DNA of 64,000 nucleotides from an uncultured Spirochaetota bacterium (GTDB taxonomy: Bacteria; Spirochaetota; Spirochaetia; SZUA-6; Fen-1364). The position numbers and the translations under genes were made by a program. The DNA lies in NCBI GenBank assembly GCA_963734545.1, contig CAVTHO010000004.1, forward strand, positions 352,001 to 416,000. Reading direction: 5' to 3'. This document shows positions 10,701-21,561 of this stretch, piece by piece (position 1 is the first letter of the stretch; each line of letters begins with the position of its first letter). The notes beneath the pieces are model-generated. The model was not told the DNA's origin and made no database searches. It saw nothing but the letters and a program-made list of their open reading frames with translations.

Positions 10701-12929
10701 ATGAACGGGAATGCCTCGAGCTCCAGCGAGCTCGAAGCGCTGCTCCACGCGAGCTTCAACGGGACTCATCCGGTCGGAGTGGTGGAGTACGAATACCGGA
10801 TCGAGCCCATCACCATCGACAAGGGGCAGGCGGAGGAGAGCCTGTACAAGAGCTTCTTCCACGTCGGCCCAAAGAGTGCTCTGCCCACGGGCATCACGAA
10901 TCCTTCTTTTGTAAAGAAGCCGCCTGTCTCCGTCCTGCCCGCGCCTGTTTCGATGTACAGCGTGTCTCCTTCCGTGAAGCAGGGCGGGCAGGTCCTCTCG
11001 GTGTCGAATGCCCTCAGCCAGGGCCTCAGTCAGGGCAAGGGAGGAGGGCCTGGCGCCGCCACGGTGCTCATGCCCGGGTCTCTGAAAGCCGCGATACTCA
11101 GCACGACCCCATGGCTGTCCGTGGGAGGCGTCAACGACATCAACTTCCTCTTCATTCCCCAGATGCAGGACCCCGGCACCTATGCGCTCTTCCTGAAGGT
11201 CCGCGGAGCAGGCGGCAAGACCATCATCCGGCAGGGAAGGTTCAAGGTCGGCTACGCCACGCCGGGACAGAAGGTTCCTCTTACGGGCGGAATGGACACG
11301 AGTGACACGACGCCGCCGACCACACCGGTGGTGACGTTGAGCGGCGCCGCCACCGCAAACAAGGAAACCCTCTACGCGAAGTGGAGCGCGGACGACCAGT
11401 ACTCCGGCATCCAGGGCTACCAGTACGCCGTTGAAGAATACACCGACCAGACGGCAAAGGCCGGAACCGGCGCCGTGCAGGGCGCGCCGCAGGCCGTGTC
11501 GCAGGGCGGGGGAAAGCTGGTGAACAAGGTCCTGAGTGTGCAGCAGGGGACGACCAGCACCGTGCAGTACTTCCAGGCCGGAGGCCCCATGGTCTCTGCC
11601 CAGGAAGCGGCCTCACACAAGTGGGTCGATGCGCAGGGCCGCACCGAGGCCAACATCCGCGGTCTCTCCCTCGAGCAGGCGAAGCGCTACGTCGTGTGGG
11701 TCATGGCCACCAACGGCGTGGGCCGCGCGAGTATCGGCCGCTCAGACCCCATCGTCGTGGATGCCATTCCCCCCGATCCGCCGCAGATCACCGGGTTCCA
11801 GCAGACCTCGGCGGACGGCCACGCCAACTCCGTGACCTTCACCTTCACACCGGGCACCGACGCGGTGAGCGGCATCAGCGGGCACTCCTTCGCGCTCGGC
11901 ATGTCCGACAAGGACCAGAAGGCCTGGCCCTGGACGGTGGCGCAGGGAACCGCGGCCACGATCGTGAACCTTCCCGTGGCCAAGGGTCAGCAGGTGACTC
12001 TCCAGGTGAAGGCCGTGAGTGGAGCAGGGCTCGAGTCCACGGCGACAAAAACAATCACGATCACCTACCCGGGAGCCAAGCCGCCCGTCCCCTCGACAGT
12101 GGTTGCCAAGCCGCAGAACTTCACGTCCGACACGTCGAAACTGGACCTCACATGGTCCGCTGCCTCGGATCCGGACACCGGCATCGTGGCATACGAGTAC
12201 GCGGTAGGCACCTCGCCTTCCAAGCCGGACGTGCTCAACTGGACACCGGCGGCAGGGAGCTCCACGCCCTACCTCCTGGGCCAGGGGCCGCAGCAAGGGC
12301 AGGGAAACCAGGACCTGAAGGCCACCGCCTCCGTCACCCTGAAGGACAAGGCTGCGTACTACGGCCTCGTGCGCGCCACGAACGGCGGCGGTCTTGCCGC
12401 GATCGGCGCTTCCTCCGCGGTGGTCGTGGACCTTGCGCCGCCCGATGTGACGCTGACGGCAAGGGCTGAAAACCCCGGCACGGACAGGATTGCAGTTGAC
12501 GTGAGCGCGAAGGATCCGGTCTCGGGAGTGGCCCGGTACCGGGCAAAGGTCTGGCAGATGAAAGGCCCGGTCTCCGAGCGCGAGAGCGAATCCGCAATCG
12601 CGGTTCCTGTCATGGGCTGGGCATCCCAAGGCACATTCCAGGGGACACTGCAGAGCTCGGGCGTCCTGCAGCTCGCGATACCTCCGGTGGGCCAGGCGTG
12701 GTACACCACGGCATGGCTGCCGGTCACAAACGCGGCGCCGCCCACCTCCGTCGACATTCAGGTGGTCATCACCGGCTTCCCCACGCCCGGCCTTGAAATC
12801 GGCAAGTACTATCGCGTGACAGTGGAGACGATGAGCGGCTCGGGTGTATCAGGGGAGAGCAACGCGGTAGTGATCAAGGTGGTGGCTCCCGCACCCTCGT
12901 ACCGGTTCGCTCCCCGGTTCATGAAGTGA
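4798..12929 (+). CDS. Giant (~2,700 aa) secreted protein: Fn3/Ig-like domains, long beta-rich core, helical bundle, C-terminal Fn3-like repeats; split by about ten frameshifts
   Basis: Signal peptide ending ..AAPAVAQ; coding sense continues across ORFs 4798, 5450, 5985, 6076, 6401, 6738, 7108, 7283 and 8994 with no intergenic gaps or internal RBS; Fn3-like WSA..D..SGI..Y.YAVG repeats. Confidence 0.72.
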
Positions 12930-12937
12930 AAGATGCG

Positions 12938-14942
12938 ATGAAAAAAACAATCCCCGTCATCATTGCGCTCCTCGCACTCGCCGCCGCGGGAGCATCCGGC
13001 CAGGCGCGACAGCCCCCTGCGTACGTTCTCTCCGCGGGAGACAAGGTCGTCATCATCCTCGGAGACGTGCCGCGAACCCTGACCGGGTTCACCGTGCTCC
13101 GCAGGGGACCGGGGGACGCCGACTACCTGCCCATCACCGACGAGCCGGTCCGCGCGGTGGACGACCCGTTTCTCGCCCAGCAGTTGATGGGGAGCGATTT
13201 CGAGTGGATCAGCCGGAGGGTGGAGACGGCGGACCCGGATACCGCCTGGCGGAGGATCCGGGCCCGGCCCGAGCTCGGCGTCGTTCTTTCCTTCCTGAGC
13301 AATGGCCTGCGGATGGCCCTGGGGAGGACCTACTTCGATCTCGCGGTGACCCCCGGGCAGACTTATCAGTACCGCATCATCCTTCTCGACTCACTGGGCA
13401 AGGAGGCGGGAAGGATCGACAAGCAGGTCAGCGTCAGCCCTGCCCGCAAGCCTCCCGCGCCCGCCCGGGTGACCGCGCAGACCGGCAAGACCGACGTGAC
13501 GGTGAAATGGGATTATCCGAGGTTCGCAGGCGGGGACGAAGACCTGACAGTGGGGTTTGCCGTCACTCGCCGGGGGCGCGGAGGGGATCCGGTCCTCGTC
13601 ACTCCTTCACCCACGCTCCGGATCGAAGGACAGCTCCAATTCATCGACGACGCGGCGCTGCTCGAAACACCCGTCATTTACACCGTGCAGGCAGTCGATA
13701 TCATCGGGACCTTGAGTGACCCGGTGAATGCGCCCGAGGTGACGCTCAAGGACGCCGCGCCGCCCATGGCGCCCCAGGGGGTCACGGCAGTGGACCAGAA
13801 GGAGGGAGTCCTCCTCGTATGGAAGATCTCTCCCGAGGCCAATGCGGACCACTACGAGGTCTACAAGAGCGGCTCCGAGGACTCGGGCTACCAGCTCATC
13901 AGCTCCGCGCCCATCCCTGTTTCCCAGCCCCGGTTCCTCGACACGAAGCCTGTCCGGGGCGTGGTGGCGTACTACAAGGTCGTCGCTGTCAGCAGGGCGG
14001 GGGTGGCGAGCGCCAGGTCCGCCGCCTCACCCATCATCCCCCGCAAGACAACGCCGCCGGGAGCGGTCACGGGCCTGCAGTTCATCGTGGACGCGAAAAA
14101 ACGAACTGTCTCATTCACCTGGAACTCCGTTGATGAGCCTGACCTGAAGGGGTACCTGGTCTTCCGGGGAGAAAGCAGGAACAGCCTCGTGCGCCTGACC
14201 CCCCGTCCGCTGGCTCCTTCCGCCAAACCCTCATGGCAGGACGCGGGCTGGCAGGGAGCGGGTCTTCCGTCCGGGAAGACACTCGTCTACGCCATTGCGG
14301 CGATCGACACGTCATTGAATGAAGGCACGCCCCAGTTCGTGGAGGTAGCCATTCCCGACACGGCTCCTCCCGGCCCCGCGCTCTCCCTCTCAGCCCGTTC
14401 CACGCCCGAAGGCCGCGCCTCGCTGGCGTGGCAGCCCACGGCCTCACGCAGTCTTGCCCTACACCGCGTGCAGCGGAAAGCGGATGCCGCGTTCGCCACG
14501 GTGATGGAGCTGCCCGCCGGGACCGTCACGTGGATCGATGCCACGGCGGCGAAGGGCAGGACCTACACGTACCGGGTCATCGAGGTGAACGGGCTGGGGG
14601 TGGAGAGCGCGCCGTCTCCCGAAGCCACGCTCACCGTGACATCGAGCATTCCCCCGGATCCCCCGGCCTCCCTCAGCCGCGGAGCTCACCCCGAAGGGTG
14701 TGGCGCTGACCTGGACGGCCTCCCCTTCCCCGGATACCCGCGGATACCTCGTCTACCGCGCGCCGTACAAGGGCGGCCAGTTTGCCCGCGTGACACCGGC
14801 CCCGATCACCGGCACGGCATGGACCGACGCGCAGGGAGGGAAGGAAAACCTCTACGCGGTTGCCGCCGTGGACGTCTCCGGCAATGAGAGCGCGCGGGCA
14901 ACCGCGCCGGTCAAGGTGCCGGGCGCGAAAGGCGCGCAGTGA
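12938..14942 (+). CDS. Secreted fibronectin type III repeat protein (frameshift near 14678)
   Basis: Signal peptide MKKTIPVIIALLALAAAGASG; about six to seven Fn3 units (PP..P.GL/V...V.L.W...GY.VYR...Y.V.AVD..GNES); last unit is in ORF 14700..14942. Confidence 0.85.
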
Positions 14943-16885
14943 CGAGCAGAGCTCCAGAATGCAGCGGAGCTCCGCGTCGGCCGGAGCACCACGGGGCTCC
15001 GCGGCCGCTGCGGGCGGGGATGTTCCTGGCCCTGCTGCTGGGCATTCTGCAGGCCGTGCTCGGGCCTTCCCCCTCGTGGGGCCAGGTGCAGATCATCCGA
15101 GAGCTGCCCCAGACAGGAGAGAACCAGGCGCAGGCGGACTGGCGGCCGCCCCTGCCGTCCGTGCAGGCCGCTGCGCCGGAGGCAGGCCCCCTGCTCAGCG
15201 GTCGGATCAGCCTGGGCGCATCCGGCGGGGTGAATGACTCCGGAGCGCGGAGCTTCGATACGTTCACGGAGTCCAGCCTCTCGCTGCTGCTGCCCATGGG
15301 AGCCGGCAAAGGTTTCCTCCTGTCCGCTGACGCGAACCGCAATCCCCGGCTGGACGGCCTGGACCAGACGTACAAGGGAGACGCCAGGCTCACGTTTGAA
15401 GCGTGGCAGGCCGAGGTTGCCGGGGGCTATGTCCAGCATGCGAACAACCCGCCCGGCACGGGCACCTCGTCGAACGACACAACAGGTGACATACGCGCGG
15501 CGCTCACCCTCAGTATGATCCCGACCCTGCCGATAAGCGCGACCTACTCCTATCAGCAGCTCTCCCAGAAGCAGTCGGACTCCACGGGCGCCTCTTCCCT
15601 GACCACGGACCAGGGGCAGCACCAGGCGCAGCTCAAGGCAGTCGGCACCCTGGGTGAAGTCGGCGTGGACTCCGGCGCGAGCTTTTCCGACGTCACCGAC
15701 GACGCCAAGGGCATGCAGACCACGGGCTTCGACGGAAAAGTCGGTGTCACGGTGCCGGTGGCATCGTTCCTCAAGGCTTACGCCACTCTCATACCGAAGT
15801 ACAACGCAACCTCCTACTCGCAGACGGGCAATGACGTGACGACCACCAGCCTGGAGAGTGATGCCGGCGTGATCTTCCCCCTCTCGGATTCATTCTCGTT
15901 CCGGATGGGGGCCGGGAGGATCGACCAGTGGTCGAAGCAATCAGGGCCGTCCGCTGACACGGACCCCACGGTGCCCCCCTACAGCGTGACCTGGAAAGGG
16001 ACCGCGGGGGTCGAATGGAAGCAGCCAACCGGCTTCAATGCATCGTCCAACTACGCTTTTGGAAAGACGGTCTCCGGTCCCTATATCCACTCACTGGATG
16101 CCCTGGTTGCCTGGCATGGCGAGCAGAACGACGCGCTGAAAGATGTCCAGGTCGGGGGAACAGACGCGGTTTCAGTGGATAACTGGGGCACACCGGTGAA
16201 CAACCAGGCAACCTGGAAGGCGTCACTGGGATTTGGCGATCAGAGCGCGCTCGCCGTGGCCGCAAGCTACACCGGAAGCGCGAGCGGCATCTCACAGATC
16301 TCGCTGACAAACACGGCGCACGCGGGGGTCACCGACCAGGTTGTGTCCTGGTTCTCCTGGTCGGCGAGCGGCGACCTCTCCCACTCAAAGGCCCCTGACG
16401 CGCAGGCGACATTTCTGCAGACCTACCAGGGCAAGGTCACCGTGACGCCTCGATTCGGAGACAGCGTGGTGACATTTGCCGCGGATGACGCCCTCTCCCT
16501 GGACCTGGTGGCGAGCCCGGACCTGATCGTGTCCAAGGCGGGAGCAGAGGTCTCCGCACCGGTGCTGTCGTTCCTTACCACACGGTACCGGTTCGACTGG
16601 GAATGGGACAGCGTGCCGTTCCCCGACGCGTCCGGGCCGGACAGCAACTTCCGCAACGCGCTCGGGCTCACCTTCAGCGGCCAGGGCCAGCCCGTTTCCC
16701 TTACCACCGAATACGCCCTGTCCTTCGGATTTCGGGGGCTTCGTCACGACGGCACCCTCGCGCTGACCGCGAATCTCTGGCAAGGGTTCGCCCTGACCAT
16801 GGCAGTCAGCGTCAGCGAGTACGAGTCCGGAGGCAAGCCGAACCTTCCCTTCCTGGCGCGGTTGAGCGGCACCTACACGTTCTAG
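14939..16885 (+). CDS. Putative outer-membrane beta-barrel protein
   Basis: Hydrophobic signal-like segment (possible start 15020); alternating amphipathic beta pattern throughout; C-terminal ARLSGTYTF beta-signal; GTG overlaps the upstream TGA. Confidence 0.7.
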   Translation: MTSRAPECSGAPRRPEHHGAPRPLRAGMFLALLLGILQAVLGPSPSWGQVQIIRELPQTGENQAQADWRPPLPSVQAAAPEAGPLLSGRISLGASGGVNDSGARSFDTFTESSLSLLLPMGAGKGFLLSADANRNPRLDGLDQTYKGDARLTFEAWQAEVAGGYVQHANNPPGTGTSSNDTTGDIRAALTLSMIPTLPISATYSYQQLSQKQSDSTGASSLTTDQGQHQAQLKAVGTLGEVGVDSGASFSDVTDDAKGMQTTGFDGKVGVTVPVASFLKAYATLIPKYNATSYSQTGNDVTTTSLESDAGVIFPLSDSFSFRMGAGRIDQWSKQSGPSADTDPTVPPYSVTWKGTAGVEWKQPTGFNASSNYAFGKTVSGPYIHSLDALVAWHGEQNDALKDVQVGGTDAVSVDNWGTPVNNQATWKASLGFGDQSALAVAASYTGSASGISQISLTNTAHAGVTDQVVSWFSWSASGDLSHSKAPDAQATFLQTYQGKVTVTPRFGDSVVTFAADDALSLDLVASPDLIVSKAGAEVSAPVLSFLTTRYRFDWEWDSVPFPDASGPDSNFRNALGLTFSGQGQPVSLTTEYALSFGFRGLRHDGTLALTANLWQGFALTMAVSVSEYESGGKPNLPFLARLSGTYTF

Positions 16886-16925
16886 ATCGGACCGCCCACG
16901 GCAGGCGCGCGGCAATCCGCTGCGC

Positions 16926-18170
16926 TCAGCCTCCCCGGGCAGCGGCCTTTGGCGCCCTGCCCTGCATATCCGGGGATTCCTTCAGGGAGAACATAAGAAC
17001 ACCGCTCCCCGCAAGCAGAATGGCCAGGCCGATGAACGAGGGGATATAGGAGTTGTTGAACGCGCCTCTCAGGGCATCCATGAGCACGATCAGCAGGCCC
17101 GAGGCCTGGACCACGAGCGCAAAAATGCCGTTGCTCGTTCCTTCAGGGGCAGGATGCGTGATTTCCGCGCCGTACTGATAGGCAACGGGAGTCATGCCGG
17201 TCACGCAGAACCCCAGGAAGAAGAACGCCACGGCCTCGAACACGAAGCCGGTTCCGAACGCGAGCCCGAGTGTCGCAAGAACTCCCACAAAAAGCCCGGC
17301 GAGCAGCACAGGCTTGCGGCGCCGTATCCCGTCCGAGACCGCGGGCATCACCACGCTGCCGACTATGCCCCCCAGCAGAAGCAGCGCGGTCAGGAGCACG
17401 CCCTGGTCGATGGTCAGACCCTTCTCCTTGCCCAGGCCGTCTATCAGGGTGAAGACCCCGTTCACGATCGCGCTGGCCAGGAAAAGCGCGAGGGACAGGA
17501 AATAGACGTTGCGGTTTCGCAGAATCTGCTTCAGCCCGTCGAACACGAGCACGCGCACCTCTTCCCCGGGCGGGCTGGCAGGTGTGGGAGGCTTGGCGCG
17601 CGCGAATACCAGAAACACGACCGCGGCGGCCGCCGCGGCGATGCCGTAGGCGAGCTGCATGCCGCCGAAGCCGAAACCGGCGACCATGCCCGGGCCCAGG
17701 GATTCTCCCAGGCCGATTCCGAGAAACAGCGAAAGGAATATCACTCCCGTTATCGTGGCGCGCTGCTTCTGCGGAAACCATTCCGCGGCCAGCTTCGTGA
17801 AGGCGTTCAGGAGAAAGGGTTGTCCGATCGAGATGCCGATCGTTCCGATGAGGGCGGCCGTGTAGCTGAGCGGAAAAGCCGCCCGCAGCAGGCCGAACAC
17901 CGCCATGAGCGCTGCGCCGAACCCGACCGCCTTTTTGAAGCCGAAAGTGTCGATTGCCCACGCGGCAGGAAAGGCAATCGGGATGTAGATGAGCAGGAAC
18001 AGGTTGGCCAGGAGATCCACGTCGTCTCTCCGCACGCCGTACGCGGCCGCCGCGATCGAGGCGATGGGCGCATAGCAGATCCAGAGGACCTGCACCATCA
18101 CGTTGATCAGCATGAAGGAGGCCAGGACAACCCATCGATAGGGATAGAGCTTCACTTCGGACCGCGCCAT
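16926..18170 (-). CDS. MFS transporter, FLVCR/SLC49-like
   Basis: YPYRWVVL N-terminus, GQPFLLNAFTKLAAEWFP..RATITG, AEITHPAPEGTSNG; about 12 TM segments. Confidence 0.85.
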   Translation of the reverse strand: MARSEVKLYPYRWVVLASFMLINVMVQVLWICYAPIASIAAAAYGVRRDDVDLLANLFLLIYIPIAFPAAWAIDTFGFKKAVGFGAALMAVFGLLRAAFPLSYTAALIGTIGISIGQPFLLNAFTKLAAEWFPQKQRATITGVIFLSLFLGIGLGESLGPGMVAGFGFGGMQLAYGIAAAAAAVVFLVFARAKPPTPASPPGEEVRVLVFDGLKQILRNRNVYFLSLALFLASAIVNGVFTLIDGLGKEKGLTIDQGVLLTALLLLGGIVGSVVMPAVSDGIRRRKPVLLAGLFVGVLATLGLAFGTGFVFEAVAFFFLGFCVTGMTPVAYQYGAEITHPAPEGTSNGIFALVVQASGLLIVLMDALRGAFNNSYIPSFIGLAILLAGSGVLMFSLKESPDMQGRAPKAAARGG

Positions 18171-18190
18171 GCACGCACCTCCTGATCTGT

Positions 18191-19003
18191 CTATTTCACT
18201 CCGTAGAAACCGGCCAGGATGCTCAGGAAAAGCCTGTCAGGGATTATCCGGCGAGCAACCGGGGCAATCCGCTCCACGAGGGGTCCGGGGGTATAGCGGA
18301 AGCGCGGCCGCCTGGACCGGGCCACCCGCTCGACAAGACGCGCGATGCGCTCGACCTTCCAGCCGCGGAGCTCGCTCTCCGCCTGGGCATGCATGGCAGC
18401 GCTCAGGTTCCGCCGGTAGGGAGAATCTTTTCCGGTTCCCTGCGATTCTTTTCTGTGCAGGGTGATTTCCGTGAGGACGTCGCCGGGATCTATCACGACG
18501 ACACGGACTCCGAAGGCTCGTACCTCCATCTGGAGAGACTCCGAGTAGCCTTCGATTCCATGCTTTGTTGCGCTGTATGCGGACTGGAAAGGCACGCCCA
18601 TCAGGCCGGCGAGGGACCCCATGTTGACGATGAGCCCGGCCTTCCTGGTCCGCATCCCGGGAAGCACCGCGCGGCAGGAACGGATCAGACCGAGAAGATT
18701 CGTCTCGATCTGGTCCCGGATCTCCTCGATCAGCATTTCTTCGGCTGACCCGCCGACGACGATACCGGCGCAATTCACCAGGACGTCTATCCGGCCCGCT
18801 TCCCGCATGACCCGGGAAACGCAGTCGTTGACGGACCTCTCATCGCGCACATCCATGTGAATCAGGGGAAAGGGCTCGCCTTCAGCGGGAGCGCTCCGCG
18901 CGCAGCCGAACACGCGGGAGCCGGATGCGGCAAGCCTCCGCGCGCAGGCTTTGCCGATGCCCGAAGATGCACCTGTCACCAGGACCACAGGCGGATCGCC
19001 CAA
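18191..19003 (-). CDS. SDR family NAD(P)-dependent oxidoreductase
   Basis: TGASSGIG, NCAG and YSATK motifs. Confidence 0.93.
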   Translation of the reverse strand: MGDPPVVLVTGASSGIGKACARRLAASGSRVFGCARSAPAEGEPFPLIHMDVRDERSVNDCVSRVMREAGRIDVLVNCAGIVVGGSAEEMLIEEIRDQIETNLLGLIRSCRAVLPGMRTRKAGLIVNMGSLAGLMGVPFQSAYSATKHGIEGYSESLQMEVRAFGVRVVVIDPGDVLTEITLHRKESQGTGKDSPYRRNLSAAMHAQAESELRGWKVERIARLVERVARSRRPRFRYTPGPLVERIAPVARRIIPDRLFLSILAGFYGVK

Positions 19004-19092
19004 CTGTTTTCTCCTGGTGGAAAATACTTACAATTGACTCTGACGGAAAGTTTATTGGCGCGGGCTCTCGCCCCGCCGACGGCGCCTTCCTC

Positions 19093-19146
19093 GGCGGCTG
19101 CCTTTGCCCAGGCGGCCGCCCTTCCCCTGGCAGCGGCCTTACCCCA
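19093..19146. repeat. Three degenerate 18-bp tandem repeats at the 3' end of the MOSC gene
   Basis: GGCGGCTGCCTTTGCCCA / GGCGGCCGCCCTTCCCCT / GGCAGCGGCCTTACCCCA. Confidence 0.6.
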
Positions 19147-19795
19147 GGCGGCGGATGAGCTCCCGTTTGCCTTCGTCCGCGAACTCGGGCATGCTCTGCA
19201 GCCTCTGCCGGAGCGCGCGGTCGGACGACCTGCCGTGGTAGAGGTCCAGGACCGAGGCAATGCTGATACCTTCCGGGTTTCTTTTCACGAGGTCGAAGCT
19301 GTCCCCCGCCCGGACCAGGCCCTCCTCCAGCGTGCGCATGTGAAAACCGCACTTCCCGCTCTCTTTTGCCAGGCGATGCAGGGAAGGGATGTCCGTGATC
19401 CGGTCGATGGTGGGGCAGGGGTCACGCGGCAGGGTGACCTGCGCGAGCGCGCCGCCGATCCGGATGATATCGCCGATGCAGATCTCCTGTTCCCGCACGC
19501 CTTCGACCGTCAGGTTTTCGCTGAATGCGCCAAACAGCAATTCGTAGCCGTGCACGGAATTCCACCAGGCGTAGTGTTCGGCCGGGTACACGCAGGCCGT
19601 GCGGTCGGGGCCCCCGTGATGGCGGCGGTCGGCCACCCCGTCGCCTTCGAAGCCGTCGAACCGCAGGATGGCGCCGGCCGCGGAAGCCTTGGCTCCTCCG
19701 GTGAACAATGTCCCGGATTGACGCGTCTCCGACCGGGGAACCCCCACGTGAATCGACACGACAATCATGCGGCCCGCGTGTCCGGGTTCACTCAA
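19139..19795 (-). CDS. MOSC domain-containing protein (YiiM-like)
   Basis: GDGVADRRHHGGPDRTACVY, FSENLTV, PRDPC, GFHMRTLEEG. Confidence 0.88.
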   Translation of the reverse strand: MSEPGHAGRMIVVSIHVGVPRSETRQSGTLFTGGAKASAAGAILRFDGFEGDGVADRRHHGGPDRTACVYPAEHYAWWNSVHGYELLFGAFSENLTVEGVREQEICIGDIIRIGGALAQVTLPRDPCPTIDRITDIPSLHRLAKESGKCGFHMRTLEEGLVRAGDSFDLVKRNPEGISIASVLDLYHGRSSDRALRQRLQSMPEFADEGKRELIRRLG

Positions 19796-20496
19796 TCCGT
19801 GATCTCCAGCTTGATGCGCTTGTTGATTTTCCCCTTGCTCTCGTAGCCGGCCACCTTGATGGTGCCCACCTCGCGGGTATTGGCCACGTGCGTCCCGCCG
19901 TCAGCCTGCAGGTCGAGACCCTGGATCTCGACGATCCGCACTTCCCGGATGCCTTCCGGGAGGAGGTTGATCCTGGTGCGGATGAGATCCGGGATCTGGA
20001 AGGCATCCTCCCGGGGGAGGACCTTCACCAGGACGGGCCGGGCCGCCGCTACTTCGGCATTGATGCGCGTTTCGATCTCCGCCACCAGCTCGTGCCCCAG
20101 AGTCTCGAACTCGAAGTCCATCCGCCCCTTCAGCGGCTCCATGTTGCCGCCCGTCACCTGCGCCTTCCAGTCGCGCCAGACCACGCCGCAGAGGATGTGG
20201 AAGGCCGTGTGCGTTCGCATGAGCCGGTAGCGCAGGTCCCAGTCCAGCTTCCCGGAGACGGTGCTGCCGGGCGCAGGAGGCTCACCGTCGAGCCAGTGCC
20301 ACACCGCGTCACCCTGACGGCCCGTGCGGAGCACGGGGATTCCGTTCAACCAGCCCCGGTCATATGGCTGGCCTCCCCCACCCGGGAAGAAGGCGGTCTT
20401 GTCCAGGGCAACCGAGCGCTCGCCGGCATTGACCTCCACGATCTTTGCCTCGAATTCCTTCAGGTATGAGTCCCGATGGCAGAGAAGGTCCGTCAT
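19792..20496 (-). CDS. alaX: Alanyl-tRNA editing protein (AlaX family)
   Basis: DSYLKEF, TAFFPGGGGQPYD, MRTHTAFH, DGGTHV; own GGAGG RBS before ATG at 20496. Confidence 0.9.
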   Translation of the reverse strand: MTDLLCHRDSYLKEFEAKIVEVNAGERSVALDKTAFFPGGGGQPYDRGWLNGIPVLRTGRQGDAVWHWLDGEPPAPGSTVSGKLDWDLRYRLMRTHTAFHILCGVVWRDWKAQVTGGNMEPLKGRMDFEFETLGHELVAEIETRINAEVAAARPVLVKVLPREDAFQIPDLIRTRINLLPEGIREVRIVEIQGLDLQADGGTHVANTREVGTIKVAGYESKGKINKRIKLEITD

Positions 20497-20582
20497 AGAA
20501 TCCTCCGGGTGAAGAATACGCCCGGGGTGCCCGGCAGACAAGACACGAGCGAGCGTGATCGCCGCGGTCGAACCGCCGCGCG

Positions 20583-21561
20583 CTATCGCGGCGCGGAGCG
20601 GCAGAGCCGGAAGCCGCGCACGAAGTGTATGTTGAATCCCCAGTTCGGATCGAGCCATTGCCCGGGCTGAAGCCCGCACGAAATAGGGATCGCTGCCGAA
20701 GAATCCGCCGCGCACCACGCGCACATTGTAGCCGTTGGATCCTGAGTAGCCGCTTTCCTCGTCTCCGCCCTTTGGATTGTCCCGAGGCGATTTCGAATAG
20801 TAGGCTTCGTCGAACAGGTCGTTGCACCATTGCATGACGTTTCCCCCCATGTCATGCAGACCAAGCGCGTTGGAAGGGAAAGTACCCACCGGCATTGTCC
20901 GGCCCCGGCTTTTCCCGGTTTCAGAATAACCCTTCTTGCAGTCCCTGCTTCCGTTGAAGTTGATTTCTTTGGGGCTCGCCCTGTTCTTGCCGTTCCCGAA
21001 TCTTATCCTCTTCCCCCGCTCCCGCGCCGCATACTCCCATTCCGCTTCAGTGGGCAGACGGTACCCGTCCGCGCTCCAATCCTCGGTCACTTCATGTCCA
21101 TCCACGTATACCCATACGACTGACTCGGGGCCGCGCGCGGTTTCATGAAGCCAGACCTGCGTGACCCCGCTTCCCTTGATGTCATAGAATGGCGCGAGTC
21201 CTTCTTTTCTGCTGAGCCAGTTGCAGTATTTGACGGCATCGTTCCAGCTTACATCGCTCACCGGCCGCTTTCCCCTGCCCCAGCCCTGGTCTTCAGGTTT
21301 CCCGCGGCCCGTGTCGGCGCAGAAAGCGTCGAACTCCTCGAATGTCACGCAGTAATTGCCCAGGTAGAAGCTGTCCAATGTGACGGTATGCACCGGAACT
21401 TCGATCGAGCTCGCCCCGCCGTCCCCGAATGTATCGCCCATCTCGAACGTGCCGCCAGGGATAAGAACCATCCGGCTGGGCGAATTGTCGGCACCCCGCG
21501 GTGCGAACGCCAGAATCGCACAGAGGGACAGCGCGGCGAATGTAATCATTGACTTTATCAT
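20583..21561 (-). CDS. Formylglycine-generating enzyme (SUMF1/FGE-sulfatase) domain protein, frameshift near 20665
   Basis: Signal peptide; PVHTVTLDSF, VSWNDAVKYCNWLS, YRLPTEAEWEYAAR, GLHDMGGNV..WC; the terminal GFRLCR is in ORF 20583..20864. Confidence 0.85.

Noticed and set aside
19792-21561. Apparent 589-aa FGE-domain/AlaX fusion protein
   Set aside because: The FGE C-terminal GFRL motif lies in another frame ending at 20583, and AlaX has its own RBS and ATG at 20496. The fusion results from a frameshift near 20665.
20583-21561. FGE-domain protein as a GldJ/GldK (T9SS/gliding) component
   Set aside because: No lipobox Cys pattern or GldK-type insertion, and no gldL/M/N neighbours. Generic FGE-domain proteins are common.
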